A stretch of DNA of 64,000 bases, from positions 11,470,001 to 11,534,000 of the forward strand of contig NW_024704759.1 in NCBI RefSeq assembly GCF_018977255.1, in the 5' to 3' direction. Shown piece by piece: positions 35,602 to 49,507 of this stretch (position 1 is the first letter of the stretch; the number at the start of each line of letters is the position of its first letter). The stretch is from Callorhinchus milii. Its lineage: Eukaryota. The notes beneath the pieces are model-generated. The model saw only the letters and a list, made by a program, of their open reading frames with translations, did not search any database and had not been told where the DNA came from. The position numbers and the translations under genes are program-made.

Positions 35602-38600
35602 ATGGATATGGACGAGGCGAGTCTGGAGGCGGCCATCGAGCTGTACAAGGCCCAGGTGCGGCAGGTCGAGAGCGCCCTGGCGGCCGACTCTCAACCCGAG
35701 GCCGAGGCCGCGGCCGGGACCGAAGGCCAGGCCGACCTGCTGAGGCTTCGCGACGACCTGCGGCAGCTGATCCACCTGACCGAGTCCAGCCTCCTGTCGG
35801 TCCGCAAGAGCCAGCTGCTGGAGCGGCTGGACCGAGCGGCCACCGCCGGGCCCGAGCCCGAGGCCGAGGCCGAGCCGGGCCCCGCTCGGGAGGCGCGCTT
35901 AGACGCCGAGTACACGGCCTTCCAGGCGGCGATGAGCGAACCGGGCGGTGAGGAGTACCCGAGGGAGAGAGGAGGAGGAGGAGGAGGAGATGATAACGCC
36001 GCTGATGATGATGATGATGATGAAGATGGAGAAGAGGCGGATGAGAGGGGTGACGAGGAGCTGAGCGGCAGCAGAGTGAGCGCCCCGTACCGCACTCCCT
36101 GGGGTCAGCTCCAGTATCACGACGCCATGATCGTGGGCCCCGAGAGCTCGGAGCCGCCCGAGCCCACCGTCCGGGTCCTGTGGATCCACCCGACTCACCG
36201 CTCCATGAGGCCGTGCCCGTGGTACCTGAGCGGCACCTGCCGCTTCCCCGAGAGCTGCAGGTCAGGGGGCGGTTTGCATTGCAGCCCGAATGAGTGACTT
36301 GCCTTTGAGGTAACGCCTCGTCGGGGGTCTCCCGAGGCGTCCCAAAGCGCTTCGCAGACTATGCTCGTGCTGAAGGTTTTTCGCCCGCGGGCTCACGTTT
36401 ATGGGCTGTTACCTCGAAGCGCTTTGAGACGTCCGCGAAGAGGTGATGAGGTGCTATGTCAAACGCAATTATGATTATGTGCTAAGTGTATTCTGTGGGC
36501 ACACAATGATTCACGTGTCATTGATTTAATTCTTCGGTTTGGTTCTCCCTTTCTTTTTGTTTTTTTTTTTCCTTGACGCCTTTATTCTTCGTGGGTGGAG
36601 GTGGGGGAAGAGGACGTAAGCCGAGGGTCTCCGCGGAGCTGAGGTGAGCCGGCTCCAAGGTGACTCGCTTGGCCATGAAACGTCAGAATCGAGTCGACCC
36701 TCTTTGGTGGTCTCTTGTGGTCGGGTTCCCGAGCCAGGCGCGGGTCTGCATTGACTGCTTAACGAGCGGTCCCATCAGGGAGCAGACTGGGATTCTTCTC
36801 GCTCAGCTCCTGGTAACCTTACAAGCCACAGGGAACTTGCCAAACAGCGCTTTCAGTTGGTTTCTACCCTCTTCAGTTTTAGCTGGTTTAAACTCCAGCA
36901 GCACCCACGTGACGCAGGGATCCCCAAGTCTTGGCTCTCTAAATTGTACCTCATATTCTCCAGAATTAGGTGAGTGGGGTGCATCCCTCCAAGATGAGTC
37001 CATTCCAGACACAGGTGGCATGCGCACGTGGATTGCATAGTTTACCAAACATTTAATAAAATGCATTATAAAACACCAAAGACATTTTGGTGTTTTTTTT
37101 AAAAAAAAGTTTATAATCTATTAAAATATTTGTGTCTGACTAGGTACTCTCATGGAGAGGTTGTGGCTGTGTCTGAATTGCGAGAGGGTCAGGAATTGGA
37201 TCTCAGTTCACTTGAGGTGGGGTCAGCCTGTTTGGCTAAGCATGAAGATGAAATTTGGTACCCGGCTAAAATCCTCGGTAAGTGCAGCTAACATCCTCGC
37301 CGAGTATCTTTAACAATTGGGATGGGTAATCGTGAAGAATTCAGATCTTGTGAAAGTCATTTTGTACTGAAGTACTTTAGTACTAGTTCTGATGAGTGGA
37401 ATGCGAGCATTCTTTGAACCCTATAAATGCTTTGCTGTCTCCAATATCCTACTGTCTTTCATGTTGTATGAATTTTTTAAAGAGAAAAGTTGTTTTGGAA
37501 ACATAGGTAGAGTATTTCCAAGTGGCACACGCACCCTGCCTTAATATCGGGCACTGTTGTAGAATTTTCCTGCATGATCTTCAGTTATTGCAGTTTCATT
37601 ACATAGACTTTAATTGAAATGTTAACATTTTGTGTTGTGTTTAGCTTGTGTTGCGTTAGATGCAATTTACAGCGTGTGTCTTTCAAACTCTTAAAGTCTC
37701 ATAAAATAAAGCAAATACTTTAATGAATTTAGATTTACAAAGCAGATTTTTTTTTAAAAAACTGCTGGAATAGCTTAGTTTCAAGTTATATTGTATGCTG
37801 AATTGATAGCATAGTGGTGTTAATACAATTTTCATTGTATGGATGTTGCGTAATATTCCAAGGATGGTGTTGTGTTTTTCAGACATGGACAGTGGCTATT
37901 TTACAGTAAAATTTGATTCCTTGCTTCAGAAGGAGTTAGTAGTGGAAGGTGATGGGATTATGCCAGTACCTCGTAGTGAGGAGTCCTCTTCCTCCTCAGA
38001 TTCAGAAGATGATGGGGATCAACTTGGTTATGCAAAAGGTAATTGTTACAGCGTGCACGATAGCATTATGCTTTCAGATTGCTATATTACACGTTTTTCA
38101 CCCAGACAAATTATGCACTCGCCTGCTTAAAGCAAATCTGTACAAGAAAACCTTGTTCTATATGTACTCAGTTACACTGGCCTGTTAAGGGCAGTCTCAG
38201 TAATACTCGGGCAGAAGACTGAAACTTTTGAAACTAGTCTTTCTCATTTTGTACCCTTTTTCCCCTCTTTACCTTGTTACCACAGTTTTCGATGCCAATT
38301 CTATGGAGAAAGTAGAATGGACTCCACCCTGCACCTCCACTTTCGCAGGCTGGGAAACTCATACCAGGGGCATGGGTTCCAAACTAATGGCTAAAATGGG
38401 CTACGAGTTTGGAAAAGGTAAGGTTGCAAGGATCTGCAGTGATTCATTTTGTAAATTATTCAGTGTAACGAGCTGCTGATGTGGTTATCTTTGTTTTAAG
38501 GGCTGGGGAAGAATGCTGAAGGCCGGGTGGAGCCTGTAGAAGCAGTAGTTCTACCACCAGGGAAATCTCTCGATCAATGTGCTGAAATCCTGCAGAATAA

Positions 38601-39530
38601 ACGAGAAGGGAAACTGAACCACCTCCATAAAAAGAAGCACAAAAGGAAAGACCAAGGAGGCTTGCGAGTGGCCAAAGTGCACAAATCTCGCCAGACTGTG
38701 TTTGACTTTTTGAACGATAAACTTGGAACTAATGGACAGTCTAGCGGTTCAACACTTCAACCCATGGGGGAGAAGAATAGTAAAGAGTGTTACAAGGGCA
38801 GCACCACGATGAAGAAAACTCTAAATATCAAAGTTTTTCAGATAATGGAAAATATTGAGCACACTGAAAAGGACATTGTTAAAATTACGGAGGCATTATC
38901 AAGAAATGTTGGAAGGTATCTTGTCATATTTTAGCAGAAGTTGGGCAGATTGGGCACTTTTATTCTAGTAAAGACTGGGTTCCTTATACTAGCATCTGTA
39001 CAAACAGAAGTAAATAAGTTACAGTAAAACTTTTATGCACTGGTAATATCAGAGATACACAACATTTACACATCAATTACTTTATTGCCAGAATTGATGC
39101 TTGGCATTCTCTCCATTCCCATTTTCTGTGTTCTTTTAGATCCCTCTAGCAGAATACTTTTAAAATGGGAAGAAAAAATGAAGTACCGCTTTTTGTCTAT
39201 TGAAGAGTTGTAAACACTAAACTGTGTTTGTTCAGGTGCCACCTGAATACTTAGTTGTATAATATGAATGATATCTTAATTCAGTGCTCAATGGGGAAAG
39301 GTTACAATTTACTTATCAGAGGAGCATGGTTTATATGACTCCACTGCATCCACTATGAATCTGTGTTTCAGCTTTCTTTGATTTATTTCAGAGGTAAAGC
39401 ATTAACTGCTCACCTGGAAGAGAAGTTATCCAATGCTAAGAAGCAACTGTCCTATTTAAAGTCACAAGAAGCCAGTGCTCAGCACGAACGAAAGAAAGCA
39501 GACACACATAAGAAGATGACTAAATTCTAA
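35602..39530 (+). CDS. ZGPAT: Zinc finger CCCH-type and G-patch domain-containing protein, about 544 aa
   Basis: Exons 35602-36260 (MDEASLEAAIELYKAQ..HPTHRSMRPCPWYLSGTCRFPESC), 37144-37277 (YSHG; Tudor-like ACLAKHEDEIWYPAKI), 37883-38038, 38286-38417 (G-patch WETHTRGMGSKLMAKMGYEFGK), 38501-38915 (GLGK..VEPVEAVVLPPGKSLDQC), 39392-39530 (..KADTHKKMTKF*). Phases are consistent. AATAAA at 39850. Confidence 0.96.
36605..37025 (+). repeat. Old interspersed repeat of unassigned family (ZGPAT intron 1)
   Basis: Second copy of the 5905-6385 element. Confidence 0.7.
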
Positions 39531-41079
39531 TTTGTTATATTTCCTTGCAATTGTCCACATTTCTGAAGCATACCAATTTGTGCCGTATTTGTTTCTATTT
39601 ATAGTAGAACTATGTTTACAATTGCTGTATTTTACACAGTGTTGGGCCTGGTATTTGTGTTGTCATTTGATGTTTAAATGCTTATTGTGGATGTTCTGGA
39701 TTTCAGCTGAGAATGCAATTTGTTAAATATTGTAAGATGTCAAGATGTGTTGCCATTAACTTTTATAGTGTTTAAAAACTGTGCTTAATTGTTGTATAAT
39801 TTTTAAATACCCTACTGCTACAGCCCTGCAGCTTTTCTTCACCATTTGAAATAAATCAACCGGTCTCCAAATTTTGACTTTTTTTAAACATTGTACAGTA
39901 CAATTTAGAATGAATTCACTTCTACTGTCAGGATAACTTTGTCAGTGTGTATAATCCTTCCTGAAACTGCTAAAGCTCATTTATCATTGATGGCCATAAC
40001 CAAAGTAGTTGTCATTCTAACTCTAGACACCCAACCCTTCATCTTTAGAGATACTAAACTCCCACATCTCACTTAGACTTTTGGCTCAATTAGAGAATGT
40101 TCTGATGTGGAACGTTATAGATTTATGATATTTGTAGGAGGAAAATAGTGAAGGCATTCATCTGTGAAGGTAGTGCAATCTAATATTAATCCTTGTATTT
40201 AATATAGTGCCTATAATGTAGAGAATACTTTTTTGTGTGTATAGTTTAGTGACTATTTGTAGGCAAGCTACCAGCCAAGTTGCACATGCCCCAATGACAG
40301 TCATGTAACCAATTTTATCAGGAGGGTTATTGAGGGAACACTCAGCGATATTCTCATCTTTTAGAATGGGATTTTTAATGTCCACCTGAAGAGGCAGATG
40401 TGACCTCAGTTTAACAACCGAATAACTGTACCTCTGACCATGCAGTGCTCCCAGAGCAATGTACTGGACCAGATTAACCCAAACTATTAGCTCAAAGTAC
40501 TCATGTGCGACTTGAACCCATAATCTTCTGAACCAGAGAGAGTACAACAGACAAAGAGTGTGTGAGGGTGTTAGAGAGTATGATGTTTGAGGGCAGAATA
40601 ACCTGCAACAACCACATTCTTCTCCAATGTAACATTTACACCTTGTTTGAATAAAATTCAGAAGGGTTTAAGCTTTGAAACCTTTTCATTGTGTATCACG
40701 TTCATGATTTTCAGTGGGGTACAGTTCATTTTACAGAAATGGCCTGATGTTCAAGCAACATGCTGGTATAAATAAAAATGACTGATTGAACAAATTACTT
40801 AAAAAAATTGTGAAAGTGCTCAGAACAGAACTAATCTTAATTCTGTATGCCAAAATAAATGGGTTAAGTAAAAGTACAGTATGGTGATATTAGTAAGGTA
40901 ATGTTAGTTATGCTTTGCATTTAATTTCACTTAAAAGTAAAGCACTTTTATAATGTTTAATTTGTCAGACAGTTTATTGATAGAAATCACAATACTATAT
41001 TGTCATTTCTACCCTTAATTTCCTCATTGCACCAAAATAAAATGGGTTTGAAAACATTTGATGATAGCCACCAACCACT

Positions 41080-41098
41080 TGCCGCCAGGTGGTGCTAT
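41080..41098 (+). promoter_or_regulatory. Candidate CTCF site downstream of ZGPAT
   Basis: TGCCGCCAGGTGGTGCTA closely matches the CTCF core consensus. Confidence 0.5.
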
Positions 41099-44000
41099 GT
41101 AAATATCTTTCCACTTCTGGTCATTTGCTTTCAAAATTTGAAAGTTAGTGCGTTTGATAAACTGTATTCTGCGTACTTCAGAAATGTTCTATTGTAAATA
41201 TGCAGCTATTTAAATGCCTTGGTTGGTATCGAGTGCATGCTGTCCATATCTGAGAAGTAAACTTGCAGTTTTGTTTCTTAAAGCAAAATTGAACAAGTTC
41301 TTTACTTCAGTTTCTGTAGTTTTAAGCTGCGTTAATTGCAAAAAGTTTTCCCATTCTGCTTCTAGTTACAACAACCGCGTCCAAATCTTAAGCAGAACCA
41401 TGATTTGCCCTTCCCGGAATCGACAAGAAAACTGTTGGATACTAATTAATAAATAAGGAGCAATTGACTGGGACCAATTGAAGGAAATCAGGAGGGAGGG
41501 AAAGCAGGAAGAACTGAGGAGAGGATGTTGGCTGTGACCGTTGGGTTGTGGAACTGGAGACCTAAAATAAAAAGAGTGTTTTACACATTGTTTGTTGAGA
41601 AAGTAACAAAAATAGACGATTCCAATGGCTTAGCAACATTTTGGTTTCAATGGAGAGAGCAAAGATTTCACAAGGAGAGTTCATGTTACAGATAATTCCC
41701 CAGGCTGACAGTTGCTAATGCAGATCCTAACGCTGACGAGAAGATTGCCACAGAAGGAATGCACCACTCCTATTTTTGATGTTACTGTACGACTCACAAA
41801 ACAGGTACGGGAGGTTTTTATTTAACTCACTGAATTATCAACCAAATTTGAAAAACTTCCAACTTGATATAAATAAATCTGGATGAACACGTGATCGAAA
41901 TTCAAAATTTAGGCTCAAACTTGCACGGAGGTTTCAACCTTTAAATATAAGTTTATGCAGATTAATGGAAAATTAAATTCACTGAAAAGTCAATTTTGTT
42001 TTACACAATCTGGAAAAGCGTCTACCAAATGAAAGCAAATTAATGAATTTTCTACAATTTTGCAACATCTTAATTAAAAAAAAGCTAACATTATTTTAGG
42101 AACATAAATAATTGCGTTACCCAATTAGCAAGGAAAAATAAGAATAGCCATTATTTATGCCTCTAGAAATTAAAGAGCTCTTAGCTGTCCCAGTGTTTGT
42201 AGCCAACAACATTGCTCAATGAAATTCAATTGGATTTTACCATTATGGCAGATGACCTCAGCTCACTTAGACTGACTAGAGAGAAAATAACACCCACCCA
42301 CACTTTCCTGCTACTAACAATGTTTCCCAAAAGCAGTTCAAACGTTGAATTGATTGGGGCACTTATGCAATGGATAACTACTGGCTGAACAAGTAATTAT
42401 CCAAAGGGATTATGTTTATCTGATATTTTTATATTTTGCTCTAAGCAGGATAATGGGAATGGCTCATTAATGGTTCATAAAAAGATTGCATTGTCTTGTA
42501 TGTTTTTTTTAGACATTTGGCATATGGAATCACAGCCTTTTGACTATAGATATATGCAATCTAATGTATGCTGAAAGTATAGATACCTTCTTGTTCTGCA
42601 ATATGTTTTAAAATATGAATGTGCTGCTTGCAAACTTTGAGTTTCCCAAAATGGAAAAAACACACAAGAGACCCTGGAACGCAAAAGACAAAGTGGTGGA
42701 CAAAACACAACTGAGGAACATATACCAATACATCTACAAATGTAATTTTGTGGTTGTAGAATTATCAAGAGTAAATTAGGCTCCTTTACACCACACAGCC
42801 TTCCCTAATCTACAACAAGAGGCCCTGGAACGTACAAACATAGGGTCTTGGTACTGAACAAAAGACTGGTTCACTTCAGCCCATTTGATCTTGTCCTCCA
42901 GAATACCATTCCCCTGGTTCCAGCAATAAGCTGTTTCTTAAATGTGTGTTTATATACCAATTATATGGAGCAAACTTTACATAATAAACATACACATAAA
43001 GGAATGGATGGATCTGCCTATAAACTCCAGGAAATATAAAGGCAATTTTTAGCCTGTTACAAAGACATGCCATGGCAAGTTGTAAGGATGCCAAGCGTTA
43101 CAAAATGAACACAAGAACAGTCTTACAGTGGCAGATCCTCGTTCTTAGCAAGTTTTCACAGGAAATCCCCAGCGCTGGCAAAGAGAGCATTTTGAATTTG
43201 GGTTTATGTTATTTAACAAGCCACTGTGTGGCCTGAAAACTTACGCTCAAAATAAACTTGGAAATATGCAGAACTATATACTGTATAATCAATTTTGCCT
43301 GTTTTGTGCCAGGGTCGTCAGTGTTTGCTGAATTAGGAAAAGTAATCAATAAAATTATAAAGGCAATGTTGCATTTTTAAAGGCTGTCCCACTCACCAAA
43401 AGCAACAAGATTCTAAGCATGAAAAAGAAACGTAGCCAAATATCATACACAGAGATTCTGTGATTCTTGGACTCCCTAAGAATAATTTCAATTATCCAAT
43501 GCGGAATCTACTTTCATGGCCTTACATAATCCCAAACACACCAATATATTTTTTTTACCAAGTTAGGTTCCGTTAAATGTTTGCTTTGGCCTAACAAAAC
43601 ATACAATTTTATTGGCTTAATAGGATATATTTTTCTAAGCGGTTTGCTTTCAAATCTTTTAAAGTGTTCACATTTTTAAAGATTTGTTCACCGCAAAAGA
43701 GAGATCGAGCCACAGCGGCAGCTTTAAAGCACATCAACACATTGCAACTGCAGCTGCGACTCAATTACTTGTCGGTTTAGCTCGGGCTCAACTCAGCTCC
43801 GAAAACCCATGTCACCCCAACTTGCTGGGGGTGTGATTGGCCTGACAGACACCTCGCTACAGCGGAGTGGGATACCTGTCCACTCGGATCGATTGCTCAG
43901 GGACTTGCTGCCAGTTTCCCGGCAACCGAGGAGCTTGTTTGTCCTGCCCAACAATTTCCCAGATAATATTGGTCATTCGTTTCATGGCTGTTTGTGGAGA

Positions 44001-46384
44001 GTCGCTGGGTGCCAATTGACTGCTGCATTTGCCTAGAAACACCACACTTTACAGTACATTCTGCAAGGTGCTTTGAGATGTTTCGACAATGTGATAAGGC
44101 ACAAGATGAAATGCAAGGAACGTTTGTTATTTTCGTTAGCTAACTCTGATGTATATTCGAAAGAATGATACTTCTGAGTGATAACTACTGATGTTGATAG
44201 AATAACTTGATTCATTCGTTTGGAGCTTCAATATATCTCCTGCTCCTGTTGTTTCTCAAATCTTTCACAAATAACAGTCAACAATGGCGAGGAACAATAG
44301 AATCTTAAAAAGTGCATGGAAAAGTTGGGAAAACTAGGGGGGATTAAAGGACATTGATGGGCTTTTATTGAAAATAAATTATGTGTCAATATGCATTGTA
44401 CTCGCCATAGCAATTGAGAATGTACGGTGATGTATTTCATTGGATACAGTTTAAAATGGTTTGTTTGCGGAGTCAACAATTTAACATCGCAGACAGACAC
44501 ACAAATAGGAAATGCAGTTGAATTCTATAATTGAATTCCGAGGAAACTATTTTGTAAATCAATCCATCTAATGGTGTTTGTGAATATTTCAAACCAGCTA
44601 TATCCATTATGATCCCCAAATGTTCCCAGCTATCTGATGGATTTTGATTTAAAGTGCTTTATGTTTAAAGTACTTTAAACATACCAAAATGTGTTATAGT
44701 ATCTCAATTATTGATGAATTTATGACCTCTTAGATACACCTCAAGATTGTGAGCTACAAAAGTCAGGTATAGTAATCAATCGCTGCACTGGTGCCTGAAA
44801 GTTGCGGTCAACTTTACAGTTTAAGACGCTGGAAAGGCAATTAAGGAGGAGGATTCCAGGTCAACATTTAACAGCTAACATAACCATGATAATGTGTCTG
44901 CTAAGGTGAAAATGACGCACATACTCTTGCTCCGTCCAAAGCAAATAACTGGTCTTGGCATTTAAATTCCCATAAAGAGGATAATTCTCCTCTTGTCATC
45001 AGCTTTAATATCACCCGTTCTGTCTGCTGCTGTATGAAATTACAAACACGGCACCCAATGAGATGTTGCTGAAATGAAAGGGGTACATTTGGCTTCATGA
45101 CGGTTAGTAATCCTTACAGTTGGCATTTGGTGTCCTGTTGTGTAATACATTTTCGTACTGTTCTGTTGGTGGGTAGAGAAGGAGTTTAGATTCTATTGAT
45201 CTAGTGATGAAAAATGCATTTGCTAATGTGCTCGCGTTTTACTGGAAATGGGATTGTGAGTGACAAGAAATGGCTCTCTGACATAATTGTCATTTTAATA
45301 GAGTTTACTCTGGTCGATAATGGAAGCCAAGAGCTTGCGCTGCCAAGCAAAGTTGCTTTGTAGCAGAGGGCTGAAACTTTCAGTGCTTACAGAGGGAATG
45401 TTGCACATTGCCATTATCACATCATCTGACATTGATAATTAATGGAAGAGAATGTTTTTTGAATTAAGATTTCTTTGGCATGTATACTGTTTTTTTAAAA
45501 AACTTGATGATATTTTTAGGGTCCAAAAAAGTGGTGGTTCGCAATTGGATTCGGGATTAGTGACTCAGAGTTGCTAATCGGGTTATAGATAGGCTGAATT
45601 TTCTGTACCACCAAGATTCAACCCCATTGCTGACATGTCCTGGAGCTAGATTCAGAGGGATATTGATAGAGACCTGGTAAAAAGTCACTACAAATACTAT
45701 CGAATGGATACACTCTTCAGTTTAGTTTTTAAGAATATTGTTCTCATGGACCAGAAACAGTTCAAGTTTGGCAGGCATCTGCTTCTTCGGTACTCAGGGT
45801 GTGTGTATTGTAATTTTCTGTTGTCAGTCTTCTTAAGTCCTTGAGGAGATAATAACTGCGTCGGTCCATCTAAGACAGGTTGAAATTACTTTAGGAAAAG
45901 TGTTTCGTTTCCTCCTTGGCTGCCTTCTCAGGAAGGTCTGATAAAAGCATTCATGAAACATTTGTCAAATTTAACATGTGTATTGTGCATTGCTTTTATA
46001 CATAGAGTGAATCAAAAGTCTTCACTCATAGGTCAGTATGAGATGCTCAGATGTTTACAACTATCAACTCGGTGACAAAAACGTTCACAGATGCAATGAA
46101 AGCCATCTCCTGTAATAGCTACCCGCTCCCTACAATGTCGTCTTAAAAAAGAACATCATTAAAAAAACCTTATCAGGAATTTCATCTTGTTGAAAGTTCC
46201 ATTAACTAACTGCTGAACCTTGATTCCTGCCGGTTCTCCCATGTTATAAAATATATAACAAGATCACAGGAATGATTTGTTGAATAAGGGCCTTCAGCAC
46301 ATCTACTTTCTGCCACCGTAGCATCAATTTGCTTTTCCAGGATCCAGGTCACAACAACCAACTCTATCACAACAACCAACTCTA

Positions 46385-46760
46385 TTCTGGCAATCTGTTC
46401 CAGTTGTTAATAACCCTCTGGGTAAAGAAAAATGTCCTGACGTCTGTCATGAAATTGACCTTTCTAACTCTGAACCTATGTCCTCTTGTTCTATTGCCCG
46501 GGTACAGTGCAAAGTATTGTTCTGGGTTTATTTTTTCTATCCAATTTGGAATCGTAAACACCTCTATTAGATCCCTCTGAGTCATCTTCTCTCAAAACTG
46601 AGGAGCCGGAGCTTAACTAATTGTTCCTCACAGCTCCATTCCTGTAATACTCTTAACCTCTTCATTGCTCTAGAGCCTGGACCGCTCCTAATATTTCCTA
46701 TTTTTCCCATGTGTAGTACCTTGCATTTATTTCTATTAAACTTAATTTGCCTTAATCAAT
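46385..46760 (-). mobile_element. CR1 LINE 3' fragment
   Basis: ORF 46382-46585 gives DLIEVF..TRGHRFRV..FFTQRVINNWNRLPE, the canonical CR1 ORF2 C-terminus. Confidence 0.85.
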
Positions 46761-48519
46761 TACCATTGCCACCTTTGCCCATTTTATTCTCTCCTTTCCA
46801 AATGGAGGTGACTCACGATAAATTGTATTACAAGCTCTGGTGGCTTTCCAATACCTCACCAACGTGACAAACACCTTTGATAAACACATATGAAAATGTA
46901 GGTGGCAATGTACACATGACTCGATACAGCATATGAGAAGCAACAATTTATCCCATTCTAATAAACTTTGATTTGTTCGATGATATTGGTTCTATACTTG
47001 TTATAACAGCTTTGTAATCTTAAACTATTTACATATGCATCAGCTTATGTTTTTTTTTACAAAATCCCCTTCAACAAAGCGTTTTTGTTCTGAACAGAGC
47101 TCATACTAAGTAAATTAGGTCTTAACTTTGTGTTTGTAGCAGAATTCATTCAGAATTTGGCATTTTTTTAATTCAATCTTGAATGTGAAGTGGATTTTCT
47201 GTATTTCGAAAAAAAACTTACAGAAAACTGACTTCGAAATAATAGTTGTGTCATACTCTGAATGCTCTTAAATGCCTGTTTTTCAATTACTGTATGTTGA
47301 AAGGGGCAATATTTTGAAATTGCATTAATCCTTCAAAGGGTCAAAATAACGTTTAGGTTAAAATTCCATGTTTTATTATTTAATGTGGCAAACAAAATCC
47401 TGATGCAGTCCTTTATTCAGTCTTCTCCTGCCTTAAACCATAGTTTGAAATGAAATCTTATAAAAGCAGAATGTTGAGATCTATTAAAGGAGGCAAAGAA
47501 TTCCAGAATTAGAGAATGTATTTTTTTNAATTAGCAAAAATAACATAAAAGCATCTCAAGCACTGTAAAAAAAACACACTCGTTCAATATTTCTCTGTAC
47601 AAGAAAGCAGAATTAATATTTCCATGTGCTCATTTGATGAAGTAGTATAAGAAGACTAAATGCATAGAACCATATACATTTACAGAAGGCTAATCAAATA
47701 GGCATGAATGTGTTAGTCTCATACCCAATTCCACTATTCCATTAATGGTGGAATTGATTATAGGAACCAACATAAACTGTGAAATATATGTAGTGCAGTA
47801 GAATACATCATTAAAGGATGTGCAATAAAATCTCAATCTCACATGTACAGCATTAGACAAACCCAGGGAACGAAATACCCAAACAAGTTGTTTTCGAGGA
47901 GCATTCCACAGTAGGTGATTGATTATTGTTTGGAGACAGTTACTCTACAAAAAACATTTAAATTCCAAAAATATTGAATAGTAAATATTTCAATATTTTT
48001 TTCACAGCAGAAATCCTCTCATTTGTCAACAAATGAAAAACAAATGGATCAGCAAACAAGGCACAAACAGCATTTAAGTAGCATTTCATAGCGATCAGAA
48101 TTTGGCAAATTGCTGAATTGAGTCTTAACAGTGTTGTTGGTTTTCGGTATTCCTTAAACGAACTTACAGAAAACTTATGCTTGTTGCAGACTTTGAATGT
48201 TCTAAAATGCTTCCTAAGGAGGGTAAATATTGATTCAGGTGGCATTTCCTCCAACAGAATGTTTTATTTGAACTACAAAGAACACAAAGAGTAACTGAAA
48301 TATCTCAATCCACCTGGACTTCAATACTGACTTAGGCAGGAGAGTAGGAAAACATATCCCAAATTGAAAATATTGCCAAAAGTTTGCATTCAAAATGATT
48401 CGCACATAACCGTATGTACTCATGCATCTTTCGCCTAGGAAATGAAAATCTTCTACAAACATCCTTCAAATAAATACAATCTTTTTAAAAAAAATATTTA
48501 TATGCGGCATTCGTGAACG

Positions 48520-48900
48520 TTAGCCTAGTTCAGCTGGTAGCATTCTAGCTTCTGTTGCAAAAGGTATACAAATGTAATCTTGTGGTTGTGGAAACATGTG
48601 GAAGGTTGTGGGAGCTACATCCGAAACTTGGGACTCAGTCTAGTCTGACCCTCCAGTGCGGTGCTGGGGAAGAACTGACTGTTGGAGGTGCAGTCCTTAG
48701 GCTGAGATATTAAACCAAGGTCCTCAGTTCAGCTGGACCTTAAAGATCCCACTTGAAAAGAAAAGGGAGTATCTCCAATGTCCCGGCCAACAAAATATTA
48801 CAGACAATTCACTTTACAGTATATTCTGTGAAGCGCTTTGTGACGTCTCGATGTGATAAGGTGCCATATCGAATGCAAGGATTATTATATTATTATTACT
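48520..48900 (+). mobile_element. Deu-domain SINE
   Basis: Head TAGTTCAGCTGGTAGCA, core GGAGGTGC..TTAAACCAAGGTCC..TAAAGATCCCA, and tail. Confidence 0.65.
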
Positions 48901-48987
48901 ATAACAGTCCCCCAGGTAAAATAGGTTGCCACAATGGTCTCCAAAATACAGTCACTTTGTTTGCACACAGATTTGCATGAATTGAAC

Positions 48988-49315
48988 ATAATAATAATAA
49001 TAATAATCCTTGCATTTGATATAGCGCTTTTCACGTCGGGAGGACGTCCCAAAGCGCTTCACAGAACGCACTGTAAAGTGAATTGACTGTATATTTGTGG
49101 GCGAACGCGGCAGCCAATTGCGCACAGCAATGTCCCACAAACAGTCGTAGATTGAAAATGACCAATTTATTATTGTTTTTGGTTTTTTGGAGGGATTATT
49201 ATTAGGCTCTGTGTGGAGTAAGGAAACTTGCCCAAGGTTTGGCCCTCTGCCTGGAATTGAACTCGGGTCTCTCGCTTGCAAAGCGAGTGCTCTAACCACT
49301 GAGCCTAAGGACTCC
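48988..49315 (-). mobile_element. Full-length tRNA-derived SINE (young family)
   Basis: Near-identical to 23623-23945 and to the reverse complement of 53160-53479. (AAT)n tail. Possible target-site duplication AACATA. Confidence 0.9.
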
Positions 49316-49507
49316 AACATATCAAATAGATATTAAATAATGCAAGGATTATTAATATTATGTTGGTGCTGTTAAGTGGAAAGCATTAGCGAGGAATAAG
49401 AGCTATACTGCCGAAACACGCCTGAGCAAATGCTTCTTTTGTACAGTTCACTGAACAAAAAAAAGAATCTAAAGGCAGAGGGGAAACCACTTATAATGGG
49501 GTAATCT

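Larger units (their letters stand above)
34200..36450. promoter_or_regulatory. CpG island / bidirectional promoter of ARFRP1 and ZGPAT
   Basis: Very GC- and CpG-rich against an AT-rich background, between head-to-head genes. Four ACTACAACTCCCA motifs (35039-35051 -, 35105-35117 +, 35225-35237 -, 35291-35303 +), NRF1-like TGCGCA at 35014 and 35200, ETS CTTCCGG near 35383, YY1-like GATGGCGGC near 35535. Confidence 0.85.

Noticed and set aside
34037-35648. Multiple long ORFs (up to 292 aa) in the CpG island
   Set aside because: Stop-codon scarcity in GC-rich, low-complexity promoter and SINE sequence.
41300-41810. Possible LIME1 exons just downstream of ZGPAT
   Set aside because: Short frames close quickly and lack a transmembrane-CxxC signature or the LSKSDTRLHEL-like motif.
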